DNA of 64,000 bases from Octopus bimaculoides (lineage: Eukaryota): the NCBI RefSeq assembly GCF_001194135.2, contig NC_068981.1, positions 37,100,401 through 37,164,400 of the forward strand, written 5' to 3'. The notes beneath the pieces are model-generated. The model was not told where the DNA came from. It searched no databases and saw only the letters and a program-made list of their open reading frames with translations. Positions 1 to 12,278 of the stretch are shown piece after piece (the stretch's first letter is position 1; each line of letters starts with the position of its first letter). The position numbers were made by a program, and so were the translations under genes.

Positions 1-759
1 TAACATTAACTAGAAGATTTCGGTACATTCTTGGTCAAAGGTAATTTTTCATCATTAAAAATAAAAGGAGTTTAGAGAAAATCACTTGCATGAATTTGGA
101 TAACAAAATTAAGATGTACTGAATGCCAAACACAACAACTTCTGAATTTATAAAAATTTCCCTTATTGTCACAGGAGTATAATGTATTAAATTGACTACA
201 ACTGATCAGAGGAAGTATGAAAAAACTAGGTTAATGTGGCCAAATTGAATCAGCAAAACATTATTCATGGTTGTCTTTCACTTCTGAAACAAACATCAAA
301 TTATCCTTTTTCTTAAGCATTTTTGATCATTCTTGAATATATTCTTAATTACTTGAAATTCTTTCTCTTTCTTATCTAGCAGTGCAAACAATTGCCACAG
401 AGTTTTTGTTTTCTTTCTTTCTTTCATAATGAAAATTTCAATAAATTAATAATCTCTCATGTATTCTATTCAATATACTCTCCATCACATTATATATGTA
501 TGTGCCTGTGCATGGTTGTACTTTAAGATGACCATACTGCTAATAAACACATGCATTTATTATATTGCACTTCAGGTTTAGTTTCATTGTTATTTTTTGT
601 CACACTATTGCAAAATTTTCACCAATTCCAAATTCTATGATTTATTATGTATGGTATGTAGACAAGCATTATCAACATAGTATCATGTTTGTGAATGGAT
701 ATTGTCGCATTACAAATTTGGTTGCATTGTGTCTGTTTTTATTTCCATTTGCTTAGTTT

Positions 760-1385
760 TACCTTTATTGATAGCAACAAAAAGACGTGATAAGAAATCA
801 TTCTTGTATGCATCCATCCCGTTAAACATGAAAGCACATATTAAGTTTCATCCGCTACATGTAAAGCTTTGGGTAGAACTGATGGAACCAATCAGAATGT
901 GTAGAGAAGGTAAGAGAAAGTCTATTCCTTACTTCCACTAGATATCAACCATTGTCATTCAATGATAGAAATGGAAAGTGTCATATCCAGGAGAAAATTT
1001 TTGAACAGGTTTGAAATATAAAGAAAGGAAGCAGTATGGCACTCTCGTGGATGATACACCCACGAGCAAGATATCTCATAAATTTAAGAAAATGCCATAC
1101 GGAATAAAACTTAATATCAGAGAAACAGGATTTCCATTGAGTATGTAAATTATACTCTTCAAAAAAAAAAAAGAAAACCTTATATACTGGTAACACTGCA
1201 GAATGTGAAAATTCCCAATCCACAGATGACCAGCAAAACTAGGGATATAATGTATCACATGACGTGCATAGAGGAGTAGTGTAAGGATACCATTAAAATC
1301 TATATAGAAGAGACAACAAGGAGTACAACTGAAAGGATTGGAAAACACAGGTATGAATACAATAAAATGAAACAGATATTCATAC
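760..1385 (+). mobile_element. Decayed Penelope-like retroelement 3' fragment (RT C-terminus plus GIY-YIG endonuclease remnant)
   Basis: Manual translation of about 1202-1380 gives RDIMYHMTCIEE*CKDTIKIYIEETTRSTTERIGKH, matching the Penelope GIY-YIG pattern (VY-x-I-x-C-xx-C...YIGET-x-R-x-L-xx-RI-x-EH). Upstream 800-870 resembles the RT thumb 'S.HP...K' region. Stops and frameshifts are present; boundaries approximate. Confidence 0.6.
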
Positions 1386-2360
1386 TCAATGAAAATACCA
1401 TATCAATAAACAATGCATCAATAAACAATGTTGAAATAAAAATTCTTCCCAAAGATCCAAAAGATGTTACTGAACCAGAACACAAACTGGATGTAGTTTC
1501 TGTTTCCACATACACCTTTAATATAAAGAATAGATAGAGTAACAACTTCACAACCAAAACCCACCAACTACTGTCATAGTGGTAGAAGTAAAATGATAAA
1601 ATAAAAATTTGTCATCACGCACATAAAGCACAGTCGCACATCTACAAACTATATACATATATACATAGGCTAGAGACTGTAAACACATTCATATGTCAGC
1701 ACCAAAAAAAAAAAAAAAGAAAGAAAGAAAGAAATAAAAACTCGCACAATAGAATCAAAACATCTGTAGAACAACAGACTCAAAAGTTTTGACAATATAT
1801 ATATATGTCACTTGGCCAAATAAAATAGACAAGAAAGAAAATAGGTTCGAGAATTTGAAATCATTGAAAAGGTTACAGTATTGTAACAAAAAATTTATGA
1901 CAAAATTTATCAATAAATCTTAACTACAATTTATGCATGTGTTCATTGGTAGTAAACCTATTCCAAGGTACAATATTGGCTTTAATACAGTATCATATAG
2001 AAATTTTGCAAAACAAATTCAGGATGATATGGGTGCGTATCTATATATTTATAGATGGATACATACATATCAATACACACACATATATAAATACAAATAA
2101 ATACATATATATACATATATATACATACACACACACACATAGATGGATTGAAGTTCCATTGCTTTCTGTGTAAGTAACTTTTATTTATCCTCTATGTAGT
2201 ATAGTTTAAAATCTATCAGATAATCTGCAGCCTTCTCTTTCTAGTAACGATGTTAATAGAGAAATTTTCAATAATTGTCTAAGTAAACCAATATCTATGC
2301 CTATGCAAATCAGTGGCTTCACAGAGATGTACATTCCTGTGTGCGTTTATATATATATAC

Positions 2361-2409
<49 letters not shown>

Positions 2410-3039
2410 TATAAATATATATATACTTTATTTAAAAGTTATTACTTTATTTAAAAGCTATTACTCAGAGTTTCACGTTCCCGTTTGTCAGACAGGTTTT
2501 GTTAAAATAGAACAGAAATAACGATATAATCAAAAACTAGTTTAAAGGAAACAACTTTAAAAATTGATTTGTTTCATTGGTCCTTTCAATTAATGGTTTT
2601 AAGCATGCAATGAACAAAATAAACGAATTCAATATTATAAAATCGAAGAAAACCTTAAATTGGAGAGTGGATTCAAAATACATATTGTAAATAATTACAT
2701 ACGAAATATGATTCAATTAATACATTAAAATTAAAATTTTCACACTGCTTTTCATAAATATTTTACAACAGATATACCCATACTAGACCATATATAATAT
2801 ACATATATACATCAAAATACACATATGCAAAAAATACTTGATACAGTCACAATATTTAAAGAAAGATTTTCTTAAGAGTTCTTAACTATTAATAAATTTT
2901 TGTAAAACAGATTGACACAAACATTTTGGAAAGAGGCTTTTGAACTGTGTGTAAGAGCTTTCATTGTTCAACTTTTCAAACACATGTATTCCAGTCCAAT
3001 CTGTATAAAGTATGTTATTTTTAGTAATGGTATTGACTA

Positions 3040-4110
3040 TTTCCAATTTTATTTCAAGTTTAGAATTCTGGCAAAGAATTCCTCTTTAGCCTTTTGTAGG
3101 TGGTCATTTTCATCGTTTATTTTGGAAAATGTAAATATTTTGGAAATTTTCATTTGCAAAAAAAGCCTAAATGTCCAAACATGGAACATTTCTAAGCAAC
3201 AAATCTTTAATTTGTTGTTTGTGTATTCTCGTGCACCTGGTTAATTTTGATCTTGTTTCTCTGAAGTAATTCTCATTGCATTGTGGGCATGTGATGTAGC
3301 AGATAGGAATTATTTTTTGTGATTCATATTTTCATTTCCTTTCAGGTGTTTTAGATTCTTGAATCTTTTGCTTGTTCCTTTTTCAATTGTTTTACATGTC
3401 CACAATGAAGGTCTCCACAGTTTGTTAACTGCATTACTTCTTTCTCCTAACTGAATCTCACTTTGTTAGCAGTTTTTTGAGATTTTATTCTTTTTGTAAT
3501 ATAGAAATTAGGATTTCTTTTGCACTTGTAATGGTATGATTTATTAGCCTTTTGAAGTATTTCTATTTTTGAAGGAACATGTTTAGTTCTACAAGTCGTT
3601 TCTTTCGTCTATTTGTGTCTGTAACTAGTGAGCATATAAGTCTTGCCGTATTGAATGGGATGTTCCTTTCAATGTGGGGTGGTTGGCAGGATCTTAAATC
3701 TAAATACAGCTCCATGCATCATTTCAATAGATACCGGTTATAACTGTCTCATTATTCTTAATGATCAGGATGTCCAGGCAAAGAAGTTCCCTTCCATTCA
3801 TTTCTAGTGAACTTGATCGAATTCATGAATGCTATTTATTAATTGAAGGAATTTTGTAAGGTTCTTCTTGTTTTTGTCCTAAGTATGAAGTGGCTATCCA
3901 GTAATCTTTTCCAGTTTCCAATTGAATAGGATTGGAAATATTGATCAAAAATAATTCCAGATAAGTATGAATTTTTTCTTCTGGGAATCCCATTACTAAT
4001 GTTGATGCGATTTTCGTTCCCATTGCCATGCCATATATTTGTAGGTAATATTGGTTACCAAAGACAAAAATAGTTGTTTTCCAATGCCAATCATAATCCT
4101 TCAAGTATAA
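3040..4110 (-). mobile_element. Penelope-like retroelement relic: RT palm/thumb plus GIY-YIG endonuclease, multiply disrupted
   Basis: ORF 3832..4134 contains FVFGNQYYLQIYGMAMGTKIA (Penelope RT Q..G.AMG motif). Downstream on the minus strand are LCLDILIIKNNETVITGIY and KRLVELNMFL, then ICYITCPQCNENYFRETRSKLTRCTRIHKQQI (GIY-YIG). Confidence 0.85.
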
Positions 4111-4161
4111 ATCTTTACACACACACACACGCACACATATATATTATCGAGAATTTTGCTC

Positions 4162-4203
<42 letters not shown>

Positions 4204-4639
4204 CACTCCAAAAGAGAAATAGAGTGGTTAAACTTTTAAATTGTCAGAAAGTAATCAAAGGCCTCGCATCTAGCATTACACTTAACAATATTGACAACTC
4301 TTTACCAAGTGCAATACTATGTGCAAAACCATTGGTGACTTTCTCACCAACTATGTGCCATAACAACGAATATGCTGCTTGGTAAAATAAAAATGTATAT
4401 GTATGTACATGTGCATGTGTGTGTGTGTATGTGTGAGTGGGTGTATGTGTGTGTGTGTGAGAGAGAGAGAGATTTACGTTTGTTTTACTTTAGTTTCATA
4501 TTTATTATAGTTATTACACACTTTGAGAAATATCTCCATGATGTATATTATGCATTTGACATATATTTTCTGATTTGACTTTTTATAATGTGAAAGAAGA
4601 AAGGTGTAAGGATTTGGGGGTGCATCAAGCAAGGAAACT

Positions 4640-4860
4640 ACACACACACACACAGACAGACACACACACACACCCACACACACACACACACACACACAAC
4701 TATACACACACATATAACTATACACACACATATAACTATACACACACATATAACTATNNNNNNNNNNNNNNNNNNNNNNNNNNNNNNNNNNNNNNNNNNN
4801 NNNNNNNNNNNNNNNNNNNNNNNNNNNNNNNNNNNNNNNNNNNNNNNNNNNNNNNNNNNN

Positions 4861-4920
<60 letters not shown>
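4640..4920. repeat. (CA)n microsatellite with an 18-bp tandem unit (AACTATACACACACATAT) flanking N-gap 4758-4860
   Basis: Directly visible. Confidence 0.95.
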
Positions 4921-4922
<2 letters not shown>

Positions 4923-4952
4923 CATATATTGAGTATCTTCCATTCAGTTGGT

Positions 4953-5264
4953 TAATGATTCCCAGAAGAAAAAATTCATACTTATCTGGAATTATTTTTG
5001 ATCAATATTTCCAATCCTATTCAATTGGAAACTGGAAAAGTTTCCTGGATAGCCACTTCATACTTAGGACAAAAACAAGGAGAACCTTACAAAATTCCTT
5101 CAATTAATAAATAGCATTCATGAATTTGATCAAGTTCCCTAGAAATGAATGGAAGGGAACTTCTTTGCCTAGACATCCTGATTATTAAGAATAATGAGAC
5201 AGTTATAACCGGTATCTATTGAAATGATGCATGGAGCTGTATTTAGATTTAAGATCCTGCCAAC
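4953..5264 (+). repeat. Inverted duplicate (about 97% identity) of Penelope RT segment 3682-3996
   Basis: Reverse complement aligns by eye to 3682-3996 with about 7 substitutions and one 2-bp indel. Confidence 0.9.
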
Positions 5265-5726
5265 ATATACATAGATGCAGTTAAAATTTGCAAAACATTC
5301 CTGAGATTCTCTATATGAGTTCCCCATGCTAAACATATAAAAAAATACTCCAGAAACCCTTCTCTGTGGATTTTCTGGACCAGGCATATGCATATCTCTG
5401 CATATAGATATAGAATGCATAAAAATATACACAATAAGAGGGAAGAATACACACTTGTAAACTAAAGTATAAAAAATGTGAATCAGTGACCCTTGAATAC
5501 TAAAGTGAAATGCAAATCCACTGCACAAATGCAAATTATCCATGAGCACAAACATGTGCATACACTCATATCAGCCGATTCAAACGACCACAGACCTCAC
5601 CCCCCAGAACTTGTTTAAATATAGCAAAAAGCCTGGCCACTCGGTTAGTGGCTAACTTGAATTTTTCAGATGGAAAAACCTTAAATATTAAAGATGCAAA
5701 AATATTACACACACAAACACACACAC

Positions 5727-5758
<32 letters not shown>

Positions 5759-5773
5759 GAAGATTATTGCCCA

Positions 5774-5903
5774 CTTTCCGTTTACCTGACTGATAGACCA
5801 GAAACTATGGTAGAAGTTCCTTTCCCAAAGGACCGTGTGATTGAACACAGAACCATGTTGTAATGAATCAAACATTTGAAATAACTGGTTAATCATGTGC
5901 CTA
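5774..5903 (-). mobile_element. Degenerate head of tRNA-derived SINE family A
   Basis: Similar to the copies at 12130-12278 and 17610-17770 (actatggtagaag...gaacacagaaccatgt). Confidence 0.5.
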
Positions 5904-6244
5904 TCTAAAGGAAGAGCACGAAGTCAGCAACAATATTTCAACTCATGAGATTATGATTGTCTCTTCTGATATCTTAACTATTCAGCTGCCATAAATCTAA
6001 AGCCAATATTTAGAGGGATAAATATGAGGAACTTGATCTGGGCTGTAGTATATCAGACTTGATAATTAATTGTATGTACTTGTCTTGGGTTCAAATTCAA
6101 CAGGGGCGATGATTTAATCTCTAGTGGCAATTAAATAAGTACTGATAATATATTAAACTTATGCATTATTAAAATAAATCAGTATTATAATGGATAGAAG
6201 TGAACACTGCAGAATCAGATGTATGCAGATTGCGCTTTCTATTG

Positions 6245-6670
6245 TGTCATCAAGTTCAGACATTGACGTTTCCTGCGATATAATCAGATTAAACTGTCTT
6301 TGTCTATGGGTGGAAGTACTTGTAAGTATTGGCATGTGATGTTAGTGAAGAGAATTCATTCTGTACATATAAATCTTTGCTGTGTGCAGTAAAATAAACA
6401 GTCGTTGATCACTGTAGCTTAACAGCACAACTGAAATTGGCCTTTGAATACCGATTTCTGGAGAATAATGTACAATTGAAGTCATAAGTTTATTATGATG
6501 ATAGAGCCTTCTTTGGTTTCGACGATGAGCATTCAGTTACTCATGAAATTGGTGTGTAAACAGTTGAGTAGTCCACTGACTCATGTAAACTAAGAGTAAT
6601 TTCAGACTGAATTAATGAGACAGTGTGTAAATAAGATAACCTCTAACTTGAAAGTACAATCCAACTAGCA
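6245..6670. mobile_element. Old SINE-like remnants; 6510-6670 is a decayed relative of the SINE at 19968-20358
   Basis: gagtagtccactgactcatgta...agacagtgtgt...tacaatcc resembles gagcactccacagacacgtgtaccc...gacacagagtatgacaagg in the young copy. The 6245-6470 part is unclassified. Confidence 0.4.
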
Positions 6671-6989
6671 TATTACAATGTGGGTGGATTTACCCACTTT
6701 CACTTGCAAAACAAAAAATTACATCACGGCTGGGTGAAATTTCATTTGATGTTATGAATGAAGTTTTTCAAAACTCACACTAAATCTTTTGTTAACTGCC
6801 ATTTGACGATCTACTGGGTGTGATGGAAGGTAAATAACTATTTTCTTCATAGAATATAATTAATCCAAGTCTATATCGAATGTACATTTACTCAAAGGTG
6901 ATGGTACTGATGAAGACTCACAAAACTTTTGATTAATACCTAGAGAAAGGAAACCAGGATACTTACTATAACAATCCAACTGGTTTTAT

Positions 6990-7640
6990 AAAGGAATAAA
7001 AGCTCTCAATAATAATAACAACAAATGCTAGTAATAGATATGACAAATCACATTTAGAATCATAATCAAAATTAGAACTGGTGTGAGATAGCTAGAAACA
7101 TATTCTTCATTATAAAGTAACAATTGTATCTCAACAGACATCTTTTCAAGACATCAGAAAACCAAAGACAGAAGGAAATCAAATGGTATTTGAAGATAAA
7201 ATGCTAGTTTCCATAAGCAACGAATGGATGATACAATAGCAAGAACATTTCAATAATTATTCGATCATGATCATAATGCTGACATTACAATCCTATATGT
7301 TGATCCAGTGTTACGCTGATTTCAACCTGTTGTATCTCAATGAAGTCAGGACATAAACAGACAATTGGAAAACGACAATGCATTTGAAGGAGACAACTTT
7401 CCAATAAAATCTTCAAATTTTCTCTTGATCATATACAACATGATTTCTTTATCTCATGGATTTGAGATACTGAATATATTTCCCAGCTCTGGAATACAAC
7501 AGTTTGACTAAATCAATAAGGATCCACCTATGCAGTCTCAGTACCTACTGGAAATAGGAACAAAATCTCTCTCAAAATCCAAGCCTACATCAATCATCAA
7601 AAACTTTGTTGTCAAAACCACAGAATATTATTACAGCAGA
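6990..7640 (+). mobile_element. Decayed RTE (BovB-like) LINE, pre-RT region
   Basis: Fragmentary motifs: W*EHF-like sequence at about 7245, 'LNEVR...QLENDNAFEGDNFP..IFK' (cf. EV..AI.QLK..KA.G.D..P.EIFK) and an 'SLLSTTGK'-like segment at about 7535. Confidence 0.5.
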
Positions 7641-8217
7641 ATAGCATCTACTTAATCTCTTAACTAGAAAAAAGCAACCAAAACTCCCTCAGCTATCACA
7701 GTAACATCTTAAAACAATGCATTAGATCATGTTGGTGCACAATTCCTGAGTATAAGATAATATGGGCACGGTTGGAATGCTTTAGACTAAGACTGGAGGA
7801 CAAATAATGATGTGAAAAATAAAGTCTAGACGACTAGCATAAGACAAGATATGAATAAACAAATCTTCACATTCTCGATTTAGCGTGTGTGTGTGGCGGC
7901 ATGATTAATACAGAAATCACTGAATATGTATGTATGTATGTATGTGTGTATGTATGTATGTATGTATTTATACACACACTCACACACATATACGTACTTA
8001 CATACATATGTATGTATATATATAAAGATATATGTGGGTGTGCACGTGAGTGTGTAAAGAGAATGACACAAAGAAATAAAATAAGCACAAATAAGACGAG
8101 GATGATAATAAAAGTAAGAGACAAATAAATATGAAACTGAAGAAGCACAAATAGTGGCAGAATAAATGTAAAAAAATGAAATGAAACATTAATAATTAAA
8201 ATGTATTTACAATCACG

Positions 8218-8257
<40 letters not shown>

Positions 8258-8278
8258 TGTATACATCCTTCCCTGCAT

Positions 8279-8314
<36 letters not shown>

Positions 8315-8707
8315 TCACACACACATACAAAATCTCTTTGCTGAATTGTCTGTATATAGGAGTTCAGAGACTCTACGAACTTATATGATTTTTTCTCTTC
8401 TTTTCTCATTATTCAGATAATATTGAAGCTGAAACAAGACAAATAATTTTGCTTTATAACTCACTTTACTTCATTATAAAGTAATATTGAGTTATTTTTT
8501 TCACATTTATGGCTATTTCTTTTAACAATGAAATGCATTTTGAGGTATACGTATATACATATGTGTGTGTGTGTGTGTGTGTGTGTATACATATGCACAC
8601 ACATATATGCATGTGCTTACGTGTGTGTGTGTGTATGTGTGTGTGTATACCTGTAATATTTATGTGTGTGAGTGTGTGTGTATATCTGTAATATTTATGT
8701 GTGTGTA

Positions 8708-9524
8708 GATAATCAACTCACACCACTGCAAGAATACCACTACCCCATCATATTACCATCGAGAAGACTCAACTATTGTGCACCATCTCATAAGATGTTA
8801 AAATCGACAAAGAAGCTGATAACAGAGTGGTCAAGGCAAACAGTGCATTTGGCAGGTTGTTCAAAAGGTGCTGGAATAATAACCATCTGAAGAAAGAGGT
8901 AAAGATCAGTGTTTACTGAGCTCTTGTTCTGACCATGTTCTTGTATGACTCAGAGTTGTGGGTCATCTATAGGCACCACCTGTCTCATTAGTGTTGCCTT
9001 CACATCATCCTCAGCATCCTCTGAAATGTGACTTTGTCACTAACGTCGAGGTCCTAGAGCAGGTGAAAGTCATCAGCATCGAAGCAGCTCTGCTGAAGGC
9101 ATAACTATGCTGGGCAGAACGTCTCTAGGATGGAGCATCATCCACTTCCCAAGATCACACTATATGGTGAACTTTCCTCAGGCCCCTGTGATAGAAGAGC
9201 TCAAAGAAGAAGTACAAGGATTTCCTAAGAACGTCCCTTGTTGCGTGCCACATTGATCCTTACCAGTGGTCAGTTCTTGCTGCTAACCATGAAGCCTGGC
9301 ATCTCACTAGCAAAGTTTGAAAACAACTGCAGGACCATCATTGCAAAGAGAGGAAAAGGAAGAATAACAAGGACACTACAACTAGTCCTGATCACCCTCC
9401 CTTTCTGTGCAGCCAGTGCAGTTGTGCCTGTTTTTCCCAAATTAGACTCATTGGGCATCAGCAAGCTTGCAACAGATGTAGGCATATCTCCCTTATAAAT
9501 CTTTACTCACGAAGCCAAGCCATG
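8708..9524 (+). mobile_element. RTE-BovB-type LINE 3' fragment (RT thumb to 3' end)
   Basis: Translation KIDKEADNRVVKANSAFGRLFKRCWNNNHLKKEVKISVY*ALVLTMFLYDSELW, then LPKITLYGEL and a C-terminal Cys/His zinc-knuckle remnant. Ends in taaatctttactcacgaagccaagccatg. Confidence 0.85.
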
Positions 9525-9799
9525 CCAACACACACACACACACGTCTACTTCCCATATTTGCAGTGGTTAGGAGAAATTTGATGAGATACATGTCCTATT
9601 CTTGGATGCTTTTCCTGTCACCAACTCTCATCTCTTTTCAAGCAAAAAATTCCATTTGTCTTTCAAACACGAACAATAAAATGGCCATGGAAGATTGCAT
9701 GCAGACGACACTGTTTGTATAGCAATAACTTATTCTCAAGTAGTGCATGGTATCTTGGAATTGGGACATGAACACAGGTGCACTTTCACATACACACAC

Positions 9800-9800
9800 A

Positions 9801-9877
<77 letters not shown>

Positions 9878-9879
9878 GC

Positions 9880-9910
<31 letters not shown>

Positions 9911-9938
9911 TCTTTCTATCTATCTTTCTATCTATCTT

Positions 9939-10001
<63 letters not shown>

Positions 10002-10020
10002 GTCTATCTATCTATCTTTC
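9800..10020. repeat. (TCTA)n/(TCTG)n compound tetranucleotide microsatellite
   Basis: Directly visible; explains ORFs 9695-10084, 9747-10076 and 9778-10041. Confidence 0.97.
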
Positions 10021-10479
10021 TCTTCCACAAACTTGTGTTAAAATTATATTTAGTGTTTTCCCCCACTCTTTCATAAAAGCCTGATACACTCCCACTCTCT
10101 GTGATTGTCTTAATTTCCTCCATAGCTCAGAGCTACCCCCGCACCAAATTCCTCCCGACGGTAGTAAAGATTCATCACAATCACACATCACAATTGTACT
10201 CCTAATGACATTAGGAATGTTTATTATATATTTATTTGTCTATTGATAATAGTTTAAATGGCATCTACTGCAGCATATGCAGCAAATGTTGGAGAAGGAA
10301 TATATGAAGGAAAATTAAATGAAAGGGAAAAAATAATGTGTCTTAAAACTGCCAGCAAAGCAGGGTTCAATTAAACTTATTCTCCATAGGTACAGATGCA
10401 GTCAGACAAATGAACCAACAATCTAACAGTCTTACCACTGAAGACGCACTCCTCTTCCTCTAGGTTCCCAAATTTTAAA

Positions 10480-11620
10480 GCTGCAACTATAATCGATGGC
10501 ACCATGAAAGTAGGTTTGGTGAGATTATGGAAATGCTGGAGTGGAGACAAGTGGATGTGTGCTATGTGAATGAGACATGATGGAAAGGATCCTTTGTCAA
10601 ACTCTTCACATGGAAAAGATAGTGGTACAAATTCTTCTGGATAAGTAATGGTGAAGGCAGAGGTAGGTAAACTTTCTGTTTACCAAGAAATGGATTCATA
10701 AAATAACTGAGATTGTCAGGGGATGCAAGAGGATAATTAAGATGTGATTGGTAATAGAAAATTCAACATCAACATTTTCCTCAGCATAAGCCCCACCAGC
10801 AGAAAGGATAGAAGAACAGATAGACCTTTTATATGAGAACCTTCTGCTGACTACATTAATGATGATTGGCAATGCCTTCAAAAAACATGTTGGCTGATAT
10901 GATGATGGCTTCCATGATATAAATGAAAGCCATGGTTCAAGAACTGAGGAAGATGTAAGGCTCCTGGAATTCTGTGAAGCAACTGATCTAACAATGTGTA
11001 ATACACAGTTGAAGAAACAAGCCAGACACCTCATCACCCCCAATCTGGAGAACAGATTATAATCAGGGAGATTATATTCTCATCAAGCAAAAGATGCACT
11101 GCACAATATAAACTCGAGGCTTGTGACTTCAAAGTCAGAGTTAGGTAGATGCAGAAGGCAAGGTATGGAAATTAGAAGATCCTGTGGTTGGGAATAGATT
11201 TAGTGAATTTCTAATTGATGCAGATAACTGTTGGAGTAAAGATTTAAATACTTATAGCACAGATGACAACTGAACTGGTAACTTTTATGAAAAACCTTCA
11301 TAAGGCTATGAATTAAATATGTGACTGGAGCAAAGTCCCAGCCAAAGCAAAGGTGACATGATAATTGAATAGCACAGCTGATAGGGCAGAAAAGGCTAAG
11401 GGATAGGCTTGGAAAACTTGGAAGGAAGGTGGGAGGAGGAAGCATTATCAAATGTCCAGAAGAGTAGCTAGACGACAAGTATAAATGGCTAAATGTGAGA
11501 CAGAAGAGATTTCCCCTACAGAGAGATCAGCAATTTAAGCTGACAGCAGTATGGTAGATAAAGTAATTAAGGACATCAAGAGCGAGAAAAATGTGGGTCT
11601 ATCAAGGTTACATCTAGAAT
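10480..11620 (+). mobile_element. Decayed RTE-clade LINE 5' part: apurinic-like (APE) endonuclease domain
   Basis: EIMEMLEWRQVDVCYVNET*WKG (cf. VDVCCVQETRWKG), an 'SAYAP'-like remnant at about 10783, and RLLEFCEATDLTMCNTQLKK..RHLIT. Confidence 0.8.
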
Positions 11621-11861
11621 TACTATAATAGAAGACACTTGTCCATTGTACTGTGCTGTGAGATTGAACCAGAAACCACGTAGATGGTAAGTGAATGTTT
11701 TAACTACACATACATGCTTACAACTTAAGCCACAGACACACACAGATATAATATATGTATGTCTCCATGTGTATATGCTTACAGCTGCATACATACATAC
11801 ATACATGCATGCATATGTACATACATATGTACATACGTACGTACATATATTCATTATTCTT

Positions 11862-12078
11862 TTATTCTTTTACATGTTTCAGTCATTTCACTGCAGCCAT
11901 ACTGGAGTACCACCTTAAAAGATTTTAGTCGAAGAGATTGACCCCAGAGATTGACTTATTCTTTGTAAGCCTAATATTTTTTGATGAACCATTATGTTAT
12001 GGGGACATAAGCACACCAATATTGGTTGTCCATCCAATGGTGGGATAGACAAACGCAGACACAAGGACACACACATAC

Positions 12079-12129
<51 letters not shown>

Positions 12130-12278
12130 GGGATTCTTTTAGTTTCTTCTGACAAAACCACTCACAAGGCCCAAAGCTATAGTAGAAGACACTTGCCCAA
12201 GGTGCCATGCAGTGGGACTGAACCCAGAACCATGTAGTTGGCAAGCGAGCTTCTTATCACACAGCCATGCCTGTGCCT
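11862..12278 (-). mobile_element. tRNA-derived SINE family A, full length, with internal (TA)n
   Basis: Minus-strand head aggcacaggcatggctgtgtgataag...ggttcagtcccactgcatggcaccttgggcaag (Pol III A/B-box-like). Its body is shared with 17352-17770, 28590-28965 and 45990-46345. Confidence 0.85.

Noticed and set aside
6906-6925. CTGATGAAGACTCACAAAAC as a minimal hammerhead
   Set aside because: Lacks the GAAA core and pairing stems.
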